From NCBI GenBank assembly GCA_030390025.1, contig JASTWF010000033.1, forward strand, positions 4,652,001 through 4,716,000: DNA of 64,000 bases. Direction: 5' to 3'. How positions within the stretch are numbered: position 1 is the first letter of the stretch; each line of letters starts with the position of its first letter. Shown one piece after another: positions 37,128-48,912 of this stretch. Source of the DNA: Squalus acanthias. Its lineage: Eukaryota. The translations under genes were made by a program, and so were the position numbers. The notes under the pieces were generated by a model that was not told the origin of the DNA, searched no databases, and was given only the letters and a program-made list of their open reading frames with translations.

Positions 37128-39760
37128 AATCGCAGAGGACCACGGGCCACTACTGGACGAGCTACTAATGCTGTTGGGGGAGCCAGGGCTTAAGGCAAAC
37201 ACTAAGAAAGCACAAATAGAACAGGAGGAGGTGAAATTATTAGGATTGACGATGAGGGCAGGGGTAAGGGTTTAAGACGAGGCGAAGAGGAGGGCAGTAC
37301 AGGAATTACCCGCTCCAAAGAGTGTAACTGGGGTGAGATCTTTTCTTGGTATGACAGGGTATTGCAGGGATTTTATTGAAGGCTATGCAGCTACGGCAGC
37401 CCCTTTGCTTAGGCTCCTTAGGAAAGGAGTCGGATGGGAATGGGATGAGTGTTGTAAGGAGGCATTTACTCGCCTAAAGGAAAATTTACAAACTGCACCC
37501 GCACGAGGAGCAATAAACGGAAACGAAGATTTTTAACTGTTGGTAGCAGCTACTTGGAATAGTTTGAGTGCAGTGTTGCTCCAAGAACGACATGACAAGT
37601 TGAGGCCAGTGGCTTATGTCTCCCGAGTCCTGACAGATGTAGAGAGGGGTTACTCGAACTGTGAAATAACCTTTTGGCGATCTATTGGGCCGTCAAACGT
37701 TTCCAATTATTTACGGGGTCATTTTTAGTAACCTTAGTGACATGTCATAACCCGACATAGATGCTATTGGACGGGAGGATAAAAGATGGGACAGTGAGTA
37801 GCAGTCGTATTGCCGGCTGGACATTGCTAGTCTCCCAGATGAACCTGAGGGTGGAAATATTGGCGGAACCTAAGCTGGCCTTGAACATGATTTATCCAGG
37901 GACGAATCACGTGTGCACGGTCGAAGGGGTATGGGATGTAGACGTGGGATTCCGGGCCGGGCAGCATCCTGCAGGGACAGATATATACGTGGATGGGTCC
38001 AGCTCGGTGAGAGGGTAGGTCAGGGTGTGGAATTTATGACCCAGGGGCTGGTATAGAGAAAGCCATCAAACTCCCCTGCACACTGAGCGCACAGCAGGCC
38101 GAGCTGGCGGCTGTAGCTTATGTGGTCACGCATCCCGAGGAACTCTCAAACACCTACACATTATGCTCAGACTCGATGTGTTTCCGTGCAATTCTTGCAC
38201 TGAATATATGGCAAATATGGGCTGAACGAGTAATCAAGTCCACTGACAGGAAACCATTAATATTCTCCGCAATGCTGAACACAGTCCTGGGCATTACGGG
38301 CAATTAAGTGGAGTATTACATTCAAAAAGTAAAGGCGCACTCAAAAACCGAGCCTAAATGGAAAAGCCGACGAGTTGGCAAAAAAGGGGGCCTGGGAGGG
38401 AGTACTTTGTGAATCGTACATATCTGGACCGATCGCGGCCATAAGGGATATGGAGGGCCCACAGGAGGTGAAGTTGCCCCCAGACCTGACCCAGGTTCAA
38501 GCACAAGATAAGGTTTTAAAAACCGTGATTAAGAATAGGATACAAGCGGAACCAATTGATGGTCCTTTTGGAGCAGCAGATATAGTGCTCAAAGAGGGCA
38601 TGCTGTTTAAAGGGGAAAGGTGGATCGTGCCCACACAGTACCGGGAGGAATTTATGCAGCTAGCTCGCGGGGGTCCGGGAGCTGGACATCCAGAGCCTAA
38701 ACTACCTGGAAGAAAGTGGAGGAGGTGGGTTGGTGGCCTCATCTCAGGGAAGAGGTGAAGGAATATTGCAGTGAGTGCCTAGTGTGCGCTGCGAATAATC
38801 CAGACCCCCAACGTAGAAAGGCACCGTTGGGACACGTTAGCAGTTTTAGAGGGATCATGGCGTTCTACATAAATAGACTTCATTGGGCCCGTGCCCACCA
38901 CAAAAGCTGGCAACAATTATTGTCTGGTGTTGGTGGACGTTTTCTCTAAGTGGGTTGAGGCCTTCCCTTGTCGAACAGCCACAGCGTTAAACACGGCTAA
39001 GATCCTAGTAAGGGATGTGTTCTCCCGATGGGGATTGCCCCAGGTAGTGGAATCAGATCAGGGGAGCCATTTCACAAGACAAGTCATGTGCACCACTCTG
39101 AAACTTTTAGGGATACGGGGAAAATGGCATGTGGCCCACAACCCCCAATCATCGGGAATAGTGGAAAGGATGAACTGGACCTTAAAGGTAAGGCTTAGGA
39201 AGGAGATAGGGGGGTACCCGAAGAAATGGGACAAGGTCCTGCCTCTAGTTCTCATGAATATCAGGGCCAGCCTCTCCAAAAGCACAGGACACTCTCCGTA
39301 TGAACTGATTATCGTTTGGGCGATGAGGACCCCGTCTCATGTGTTGGTACCGGTCCTGACCGAAGTTCAAATGAGGGAGGTCAACCGGGATACATTCGTA
39401 AAAGATCTGTATGAGACCTTGAGGAAAGTACAATGGGAAGCTGCAAATAACATGGGAAGCCAGCACCAGAAGAATAGAATGCTGTTAGAGCCACATAAAG
39501 TACATGAGTGGAAGTTAGGGGACCAGGTCATGGTGAGAAATTATGCCCGGGTAGGGGCTTTCGAGCCACTGTACATGGGGCCGTACAGTATAGTGGACAA
39601 GGCAGGCCCTTTGGTTTACGCAGTGCAGCTCCAAAACGGAAAAAGTGGTTTCACATTAATCAATGTAAACGCTATGACCCCGGGAAGAGGGGAATAAAAC
39701 GAACCAGAGCCCAGGGAACGATCATGAGTTTGACCAATGTAAGTATATCTCCCATGTTGT
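37128..39760 (+). pseudogene. pol: Endogenous retroviral pol remnant: RT C-terminal part, tether, RNase H, integrase
   Basis: VRSFLGMTGYCRDFI; tether LLQERHDKLRPVAYVSR; RNase H IYVDGS, AQQAEL, CSDS, KVKAHS, KADELAK; zinc finger GH...WWP...CSECLVC; integrase LVDVFSKWVEAFP, SDQGSHF, PQSSGIVER and YMGPY. Several stops and frameshifts. Confidence 0.93.
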
Positions 39761-39984
39761 GAGATGATGACGAAAACCCAGAGAGCGGAGCGGTGAGAAG
39801 GAGTAGTCGAACACCCCGACCTAGGGTGCCTTGGACGCCTCCTCACACACCGACCCCGAGCTGCAAGAGGTCCCAACCGGACAGTAAGGAAAAAGGGACG
39901 TGGCGATTGCAGCAATCACAGCATGTATAATATGTATATAAGCTAAGTTTGAACTGTGCAGGGAAGACCTCTCACAGAGCGTTG

Positions 39985-40010
39985 CTATTTTTCTTTTCCT
40001 TTATTTGCAG
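39985..40010 (+). promoter_or_regulatory. Putative env splice acceptor
   Basis: CTATTTTTCTTTTCCTTTATTTGCAG, 25 nt upstream of the env ATG at 40036. Confidence 0.65.
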
Positions 40011-40035
40011 AGGCGAGTCGAACTTAGGGCGCAGG

Positions 40036-42811
40036 ATGGAATGCACTCTGTGGCTGGGCCTGTTGGTAATCCTGGTCAGATCAGGACAGATGGAGCGAGG
40101 CGACATCGAGATGTCATTTACTTACGGGTGTATGGGAGGAGCCGGGCTCACCGTAACACAGGCAGGTAGAGCACGGGGCACTGACGGTAGAGCTACATAC
40201 TTCCATGAAGGAGTATGGCCAGGTTGGTCGGGGTCAAATTCCACTAAATATTCCAATTACACTGGTTAAAAATTCGGTGAAGCATCAGTGCCCTGCCCAA
40301 ATTAAATATCCCCACCAAAAAGGTACTGGTGAACGAGGGAAGGCAAGTGTGCCTAGAATGCTAGGGAAGTATCTCCTTGGGATGGTGGTAGTGGCTACGG
40401 AAAACAGACAAGGCAAAGGGTAATGAATCCACGGATTGGGAAAGATTGGGGAACGACTCCTACAGATCGATTGTGGGGACAAAGGGGGGTGTAAAATTAT
40501 GTTGGGACAAGTGGTGGAAGGAGGAACAAGGGATTTATGTGTGTGTGGGAGGATCGAAACGTAAATGCCAGAAGGGCGTGTCCATCGCTTTTAAACGGCA
40601 ATGGCAAGATTTCGGGTCTGGAATAGGCTGGACTCAGAGTTTCGATGCGTGTGTGGTCCCAGATCCTCCAAACGCTGTCAATGCTACCGAACTAGTAGCA
40701 CACGATAAGAAGCCCATACCATCAGCCCCAAAGACACGGGATAAAGAGCTTAAGTGCCACATAATGACACCCGGACCGAGGAATGGGTTAGTACTGATTC
40801 CAACAGGGAAGGTGCTGTACCATGACGTGCATTACAAGGTAGCATCCGTTATCCTTAATTTGACAAAGGTACGGCTACGCCAGTGGTGCCCACCTGAAAC
40901 GAAAAATTTTTACGAGAAAATATTAAAAGAAATGTTCCGGCAATTGGAAACATAGAAACATAGAAACATAGAAGATAGGAGCAGGAGTAGGCCATTCAGC
41001 CTATCGAGCCTGCTCCGCCATTCGATGAGATCATGGCTGATCATCCAAACTCAGTACCCTGTCCCTGCCTTCTCTCCATATCCCTTGATACCTTTAGCTT
41101 TAAGAAATATATCTAACTCCTTCTTGAATATATTTAATGAATTGGCCTCTACTGCCTTCTGTGGTAGAGAATTCCATAGGTTCACCACTCTTCAGGTGAA
41201 GAAATTCCTCCTCACTCAGTCCTAAATGGGTTACACATTATCCTTAGACTGTGACCCCTGGTTCTGGACTCCCCAGCCATCGGGAACGTCCTTCCTGCAT
41301 CTAGTCTGTCTAGTCCTGTTAGAATTTTATAAGTTTCAATGAGATCCCCTCTCATTCTTCTAAACTCCAGTGAGTATAAGCCCAATCGACCCACTCTCTC
41401 CTCATACGCCATTCCTGCCATCCCGGGTATCAGCCTGGTGAATCTTCGCAGCACTCTCTCCATGGCAAGAACCGCATTCCTCAGATAAGGCGACCAAAAC
41501 TGCACACAATACTCAAGATGTGGTTTCACCAAGGCCCTGTACAACTGCAGCAAGACATCTTTGTTCCTGCAGTCGAACCCTTTCGCTACGAAGGCCAAAA
41601 TACCATTTGCCTTCTTAACCGCCTGCTGCACCTGCATACTTACCTTCAGCGACTGGTGCACAACGACACCCAGGTCTCGTTGCACTTCCCCTTCTCCCAA
41701 TCTATTGCCATTCAGATAATAATCTGCCTTCCTGTTTTTGACACCAAAGTGGATAACCTCGCCCTTATCCACATTATATTGCATCTGCCATGCTTCTGCC
41801 CAATCACCCAACCTGTCCAAATCATACTGGAGTTTCTCGGCATCCTCCTCACGGCACACACTCCCACCCAGCTTTGTGTCGTCAGCAAGAGATATTACAT
41901 CCAATGCCATCGTCCAGATCATTAATATATATTGTGAATAGCTGGGGTCCTAAGACCGATCCCTGCGGCACCCCACTAGTCACTGCCTGCCACTCGGAAA
42001 AAAAACATTTATTCCAACTCTTTGCTTTCTGTCTGCCAACCAGTTCTCGATCCAAGTCAATACCTTGCCCCCAAACCCATGTGCATTAAATTTACACGCT
42101 AATCTCTTAAGCGGGACCTTATCAAAAGCCTTCAGAATGTCCAAAAACACAACATCCACTGGTTCTCCCTTATCCATTTTCCCAGTTACATCCTCAAAAA
42201 ATTCCAGTAGATTAGTCAAGCACGATTTGCCTTTTGTAAATCCATGTTCACTTTGTCCGATCCTGTCACTGTTTTCCAAGTGCTCTGCTATTACATCTTT
42301 TATATTGGACTCTGGCATTTCCCCCACTACGGATGTCAGGCTTACTGGTCTATAATTCACCGTTTTCTCTCTACCACCTTTTTTGAATAGTGGGGTAACA
42401 CTACGAGTTGAACTATGGGGAAGAAAGTCGGAAGGATTTGTATAAACGAGCTGACAGCGGTCACACCGCTTTGGGGAGACGGAAGAGGACATTGATCAGT
42501 GACGCTGCCAAGGTGTTTAATACAGGGACGGCACTGGTCAATAGTATAGATGATACGCAGCTGCAAAGGAAGGTCAATACCTAAGGGATCAGATAAAGAG
42601 GGTACTGGGGGAGGAAAACAGAGAAACGTGAGAGAGATCAGGGAAATGATCACCTTGGTGGGACATTGAGTTTAATATTGAAATTCCTTCCTGGATCTGA
42701 ATTGCCTCATATATATTGATAATTGTGCAATTAATTATGGTGTTCTATCTGCTCAGGCTATCATCTAAAACGAAACGAAGGGTAAAAGGGGAAAAACAGG
42801 AAAGACTGTAG
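40036..42811 (+). pseudogene. env: Envelope glycoprotein remnant (class I fusion type), split by the CR1 at 40948-42400 and internally deleted
   Basis: Signal peptide MECTLWLGLLVILVRSG and N-glycosylation sequons. The halves join as EMFRQF|YELNYGEE. RRKR at 42477-42488 precedes TLISDAAKVFNTGTALVNSID; TM IASYILIIVQLIMVFYLL at 42701-42754 is followed by a basic tail. Confidence 0.8.
40948..42400 (-). mobile_element. Young CR1, 5'-truncated, inserted in env
   Basis: Minus ORFs 41212-41922 and 41980-42400 encode RT; (CATAGAAA)n tail at 40948. Confidence 0.95.
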
Positions 42812-42920
42812 AAAGGGGATTTGGGATTTTAGAATCAAATGTATAGACTGTGTAAAAAATCTGAGATTTGTCTGCGACCGACAATGCACCTTCCACGGCA
42901 GAAGAATGGACAGAAGTAAT

Positions 42921-43679
42921 GGGCCAGAAATTCGGCTCTCCGGCTTCCCGCGGGTGCAAGAATCGCTCACATACTTACCTACCGCGCCTGCAGTTGTGCT
43001 TCGGGCCCGCTTGGAATTCGGCTCCTGGGCCTCCTGCAGCTGCCGGCGCGCAGTGCTTGCGTATTCCAGCGTCGCAACTAGTTCCAAGCGTCCCCTGGGA
43101 TAAGTGGGCCATGGAGAGCCAATCAGAGCAGGGAATCTTCAATCATAGATTTTGACAGGAAGACCTGTCAAATCTATGAATAGAGATCGGACCCAAAACC
43201 TCACTAAAACTTCAAATAAATAAAAAAAAAATCACATCTTTAAAAAACTATAAATTACATAAATTAAATACATTAAATAAAAGTTTAAATTTTTTACAAA
43301 TTTAATTACTCTTTTTAACGGTGTTAAAAATATACTTACCTTTCTTTAAAGAATGTAAAAAAGATAAACCTGTTGAAAAAATGTTTAAATTGCACTTAAT
43401 TCACCAATTACCTTGTTAAAAGCAGTCATTTTGCCTCATTTTTTCCGCGCAGCTTCACCGTACTTACACTCACGGAGAAACCTGGAAAAAAAACGAAGTT
43501 TGCTGCGTGTGCACTGACTCTCCGGTGCACGCGTTCGACTTCTGAACCCCTTCCTTCAGGGGAACAGAATTTCCGTTTTCCAGCGCATGCGCAGTGCATG
43601 CGCGAAACCGGCACTTTCGTTGGGTCTACGGGTGAGTACCCAGCGTGTACTCACCCGTGGAGACCCGAGTTTCTGTCCC
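42921..43679. mobile_element. MITE copy 2, inserted between env and the PPT
   Basis: TIRs GGGCCAGAAATTCGG / CCGAGTTTCTGTCCC; flanks AAT/ATT. Confidence 0.85.
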
Positions 43680-44036
43680 ATTCACTCTAATATAAGAGAT
43701 ATTAAAGGGGGGAGATGTAGGATCCATTCCTCCACCCCACGGTAAAAATATTGCACTATGAAATATAAAAATCCAGAAGTGCACAGCCCGCAAAAAGATC
43801 TGGGCAATAAAGGATTAATTCAAACATTGCAGCCGAAACTAAGAACCTTCAAGAGACTGGATCACAGACAATCCAGTATCTGAATGAGAACATCCGCATA
43901 TTCATTTACCTTAAGGCGTTACATTGTCCAGCTTAGACCATGGCCCCCGAATAACGAGTTTCAGTGCAGGCCTAGAAAATGGGCCGGGCCTTGAACCTTT
44001 TGAATACGAATGCCAACAGAAACCAACAACTACGCA

Positions 44037-44957
44037 CATAGAAACATAGAAATATAGAAGATAGGAGCAGGAGTAGACCATTCGGACCCTCGAGCCTGTT
44101 CCGCCATTTAATGCGATCATGGCTGATCATCCAAATTCAGTAACCTGTCCCTGCTTTCTTCCCATAGCCCTTGATCGCTTTGGCCTTAAGACATATATCT
44201 AACTCCTTCTTGAATATATTTAATTAATTGGCCTCAACTGCGTTCTGTGGTAGAGAATTTCACAGGTTCACCACTCTCTGGGTGAAAAAATTCCTCTCAT
44301 CTCAGTCCTAAATGGCTTACACCTTATCCTCAATCGCGATATCGGGTTCATGTCACGATACAGAACGTGACTTGACATCATGGCCGGTCTTCCCAGGTGT
44401 TTTTTTTTTTTGTTTTGTTTTTTAAAAAGGCTAACACAAGAACACAAATTGAAAGGATATGCAGCCAGCAGGTGGTTTGACACGTTGGACCCCCTGGGAC
44501 ACATCTCATTGTCATGGTTGTGCTCTTTGTTGTAGCGAATAATGTGAATAGATTTTGTCTGGGTTTAAATTGTGAATTCTGGGAGATTCTCTCATTGCTA
44601 ACTTACCTGACGAAGGAGCGACAGCTCCGAAAGCTTGTAAAATTAAATAATTCTGTTGGACTATAACCTGGTGTTGTGCGACTTCTCATTTTTGTCCACC
44701 CCAGTCCAACGCCGGCATCTCCACATCATGACCTTATCCTTAGACTGTGACCCCTGGTTCTGGACTCCCCCACCATCGGGAACATCATTCCTGCATCTAG
44801 TCTGTCTAGTTTGTTAGAATTTTATAAGTTTCAATGAGATCCCCTCTCATTCTTCTAAACTCTAGCGAATACAAGCCCAATCGACCCAATCTCTCTTCAT
44901 ACGTCATTCCTGCCATCCCAGGTATCAGTCTGGTGAATCTTCGCTGCACTCCCTCCC
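44037..44957 (-). mobile_element. CR1 3' fragment inside the LTR
   Basis: CR1 tail and 3' ORF2 sequence, itself split by a Penelope fragment. Confidence 0.9.
44331..44730 (+). mobile_element. Penelope family A 3' terminal fragment
   Basis: Reverse complement of ~13294-13685; perfect 10-bp duplication ACCTTATCCT at 44321-44330 and 44731-44740; hammerhead-like motif at ~44607-44636. Confidence 0.92.
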
Positions 44958-45579
44958 TACATGCAGTCACTTGGGGAAGATTGCTTTGTAAGAAAGATAT
45001 CTCAAATCAATGGACGATACCAGGAACACTTCACACAATTTGATATGGTCATCGCATGCTCAGAGGGGGCCCGGAAATAATGAAGATTGATTTTGGTTTA
45101 AAATAAGATCACTTCGAAGATGATGGGTGGGAAGCCGACGGCAAAAGAGCGAACAGAAAGATTCAGGCCTACAATTAACTCCAAGAGACAGCCAATCTGG
45201 AGTGGTAATTGTATGTTTCAGTCAAATCATAGAGAGGGTTTTTATGATTGAGTCTGGGTAGGTTTGCGAGTTTCAGTCAGATCACAATAAGGGTTTTGTG
45301 ATTGAGTCTGGGTAACTTTATATGTAACAGTCAAATCATGTACGGGTCATATTGTATCGATGCAAATGACCCTTGAGTAGGGGTGTGTATTTTGGGGTTG
45401 TCAGCCTGATATAAATCGTAGGGATTTATACTGGGGTAGTAATTGTGTGTGTGTGTTAAATAAATGAACTAATCAAAGATTGAGCCAAAACCCTGTGCCG
45501 TGTGTATTTTGTTCTTAGAAATCTTGACGTCCAAGAACTGTGTGTAACGGGGGACCGGTATCGGAGGAAACCACGTACA

Positions 45580-47782
45580 CCTGAGATCTTCCTGCTCTGA
45601 GTGTTCTGCTCAGTACCACACCGGGTGAGAGAGGCCAGCTCACTCAGCACAGGCCAAGCATCGAGACTGGGATCTTCCTGCTCTGTACGTGGGGCTCAGT
45701 AGCACACCGGCTGAGAGAGGACAGCTCACTCAGCAGAGGCCGGGGATGGAGCCTGGGATCTTCTTGCTCTGGGTGTGGTGCTCAGTACCATACCCGGTTG
45801 AGAGCAGCTCACACAGCACAGGGCGGGGATGTAGCCTTGGATATTCCTGCTCTGTGTGTGGGGCTCAGTACCAAACCGGGTGAGAGAGGTCAGCTCAATC
45901 AGCACAGGCCGGGATGGAGCCTGGGATCTTAAGGCTCTCTGGGGCTCAGCACCACACCGGGCGAGAGAGGTCAGCTCACTGTGCAGAGGCCGGTCATGGA
46001 GCCTGGGATCTTACTGTTCTGTGTATTTCTCAGTACCACACCGGGTGAGAGAGGGCAGCTCACTCAGCACAGTTCGAGCATGGAGACTGGGATATTCCTG
46101 TGCTCTGTGTGTGTTGGGCTCAGCACACAATGCATGAGAAAGGCAGCTCACTGTGTACAGGCCGGTCATGGAGCCTGGGATCTTCCTGCTCAATGTGTGT
46201 CTCAGTAACACACCCGGTGAAAGAGGGCCGCTCACTAAGCACAGGTCGAGCATGGAGACTGGGATCTTCCTGTCCTCTGTGTGTGGGGCTCAGTAGCACA
46301 ACGAGTGAGAGAGGGCCGCTCACTCAGCACAGGTCGAGCATGGAGACTGGGATCTTCCTGTCCTCTGTCTGTGGGGCTCAGTAGCACAACGGGCGAGAGA
46401 GGGCAGCTCACCGAGCACAGGTCGAGCAAGGAGACTGTGTTCTTCCTGTGTTCTGTGTGTGTGGTGCTCAGTACGACGCCGGCTAAGGAAGGGCAGCTAA
46501 CCGAGCACAGACCAGGCATGTAGCCTGTGATCTTCCTGCTCTGTGTGTGGGGCTCAGTACCACACCGGGTGCGAGAGGTCAGCTCACTTTGCACAGGCCG
46601 GGCATTGAGCCTGGGATCTTCCTTTCCTCTGTGGGTGTGGCTCAGTACCACACCTGGGTGAGAGCAGCTCACACAGCACAGGCTGATAATAGAGCATGGG
46701 ATCTTCCTACTCTGTGTGTGGAGCTCAGTACCTAAGGTGGTGAGAGAGGGCAGCTCACTCAGCGCAGGCCGGGAATGGAACATGGAATCTTCCTGCTCTG
46801 TGTGTGTGATGCTCAGTTCCACACGGGGTGAGAGAGGGCAGCTCACTCAGCACATGTCGAACAAGGCGACTGGGTTCTTCCTGTGCTCTGTGTAAGTGGT
46901 GCTCAGTACCACACCGGTTGAGAGAGGGTTGCTCACCGAGCACAGGCCAGGCATGCAGCTTGGGATCTTCCTGCTCTGCGTGTGGAGCTGAGTACCACGC
47001 CGGGTGAGATAGGGCAGCTCAATTTGCAAGAGGCTAGGCATGGAGCCTGGGATCTTCCTTTCCTGTGTGTGTGTGGCTCAGTACTACACCTGGGTGAGAG
47101 CAGCTCAAACAGCACATGCCGATAATAGAGCATGGGTTCTTCCTACTCTGTGTGTGGAACTCAGTACCTCAGGTGGTGAGAGAGGGCAGCTCTCTCAGCA
47201 CAGGCCGGGGATGGAACCTGGAATCTTCCTCCTTTCTGTGTCTGGTGCTCAGTACCACACAGGGTGAGAGAGGGCAGGTCACTCAACACGGGCCAGGCAT
47301 GGAGCCTGGGATCTTCCTGCTCTGTGTGTGGGGCTCAGCACACAGTGGGTTAGAGAGGTCAGCTCACTGTGCACAGGCCGGGCATGGAGCCTGGGATCAT
47401 CCTGCTCTGTGTGTGGGGCTCAGTACCACACCGGGTGAGAGAGGTCAGCTCACTGTGCACGGGCCGGGCATGGAGCCTGGGATCATCCTGCTCTGGGTGT
47501 GGTGCTCAGTACTACACCGGGTGAGAGAGGGCTGCTCACTCAGCACATGTCGAGCATGGAGACTGGGATCTTCCTGTCTTCTGTGCGTGTGGTGCTCAGT
47601 ACCACACTGGGTGAGAGAGGGCAGCTCACTCAGCAGAGGTCGAACAAGGAGATTGGGATCTTCCTGTGTTCTGTGTGTGTGGTGCTCAGTGCCACACTGG
47701 GTGAGAGAGGGCAACTCACACAGCGCAGTCCGGGGATGGAGTCTGGGATCTTCCTGCTCTGTGTGTGCGGCTCAGTTCCACA
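45580..47782. repeat. ~85-bp diverged tandem repeat, possibly derived from a tRNA-SINE head
   Basis: Unit CCTGGGATCTTCCTGCTCTGTGTGTGGGGCTCAGTACCACACCGGGTGAGAGAGGGCAGCTCACTCAGCACAGGCCGGGCATGGAG. Confidence 0.9.
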
Positions 47783-47789
47783 ATCATTG

Positions 47790-48912
47790 AGAGAGATAAT
47801 CATTGACTGGCACTTCTGTGGTGCGAATGTAACCTGCCACTTACCAGCCCAAGCTTGAAATTCGACCAGGTCTTGTTGCCTGCGGGCATGGATTGCTTGC
47901 ATATCTGAGGAGTTGAGAATGGAACTGAACACAGCGCAGTAATCAGCGAACATCCCCACTTCTGACCTTATGATGTAGTGAAGGTCATTGATGAAGCAGC
48001 TGAAGATGGTTGGCCCTCGGACTTTGCCCTGAGGAACTCCTGCAGCGATGTCCTGGGCCTGAGATGATTGACCTCCATCAACCACAACCATCTTGCTTTG
48101 TGCTAGTTATGACTCCAGCCAGTGGAGAGTTTCCCCCCTGATTCCCATTAACTTCAATTTTGCTAGGGCTCCTTGATGCCACACTCGGTCAAATTCTGTC
48201 ACTCTCACCTCACCTCTGGAATTCAGCTCTTTCGTCTAAGTTTGGACCCGGGCTGTAATGGGGTCTGGAGCCGATTGGTCCTGGCAGAACCTGAACTGAT
48301 CATTGGTGAGCAGCTTATTGCTGAGTAAGTGCCGCTTGATAGCACTGTCGATGACACCTTGCATCACTTTGCTGATGATTGAGAGTAGACTGATGGGGCG
48401 AAAATTGGTCGGATTGGATTTGTCCTGCTTTTTGTGGACATGACATATCTGGGCAGTTTTCCACATTGTCGGGTTGATGCCAGTGTTGTAGCTATACTGG
48501 AGCAGCTAGACTGGAGTCGCGGCTAGTTCTGGAGCACACTTCTTCAGCACGACAGCCGGGATGTTGTCGGAGCCCATAGCCTTTGCTGTATCCAGTGCGC
48601 TCAGCCTTTTCTTGTTATCACGAGGAGTGAATGGAATTGGCTGAAGACTGGCTTCTGTGATGGTGAGACCTCAGGAGGAGGCCGATATGGATGCTCGACT
48701 TGGCACTTCTGGCTGAAGATGGTTGCAAACGTTTCAGTCTTCTCTTTTGTATTCATTGAGGATGGGGATATTACTGGAGCCTCCTCCTCCCGTTAGTGGT
48801 TTAATGTTCCTCCACCATTCACGACTGGATGTGATAGGACTGCAGAGCTTTGATCTGATCCGTTGATTGTGGGATCGCTTAGCCCTGTCTATAGCATGCT
48901 GCTTCCGCTGGT
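47790..48912 (-). mobile_element. LINE RT fragment, second family (CR1/L2 group)
   Basis: WKTAQICHVHKKQDKSNPTNFRPISLLS; GVPQG...FSCFINDL...GMFADYC. Confidence 0.85.

Larger units (their letters stand above)
43704..45579 (+). mobile_element. Polypurine tract (43704-43715) and 3' LTR (43716-45579, interrupted at 44037-44957)
   Basis: AAAGGGGGGAGA immediately followed by TGTAG; TATAAA at ~45410, AATAAA at ~45459, end ...CGTACA. Confidence 0.75.

Noticed and set aside
32174..45579. A single intact provirus with paired LTRs
   Set aside because: The two LTR-like segments are dissimilar, there is no TSD or PBS, and gag, protease and the RT core are absent.
45689..47858. Many overlapping short ORFs
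   Set aside because: All arise from the ~85-bp satellite.
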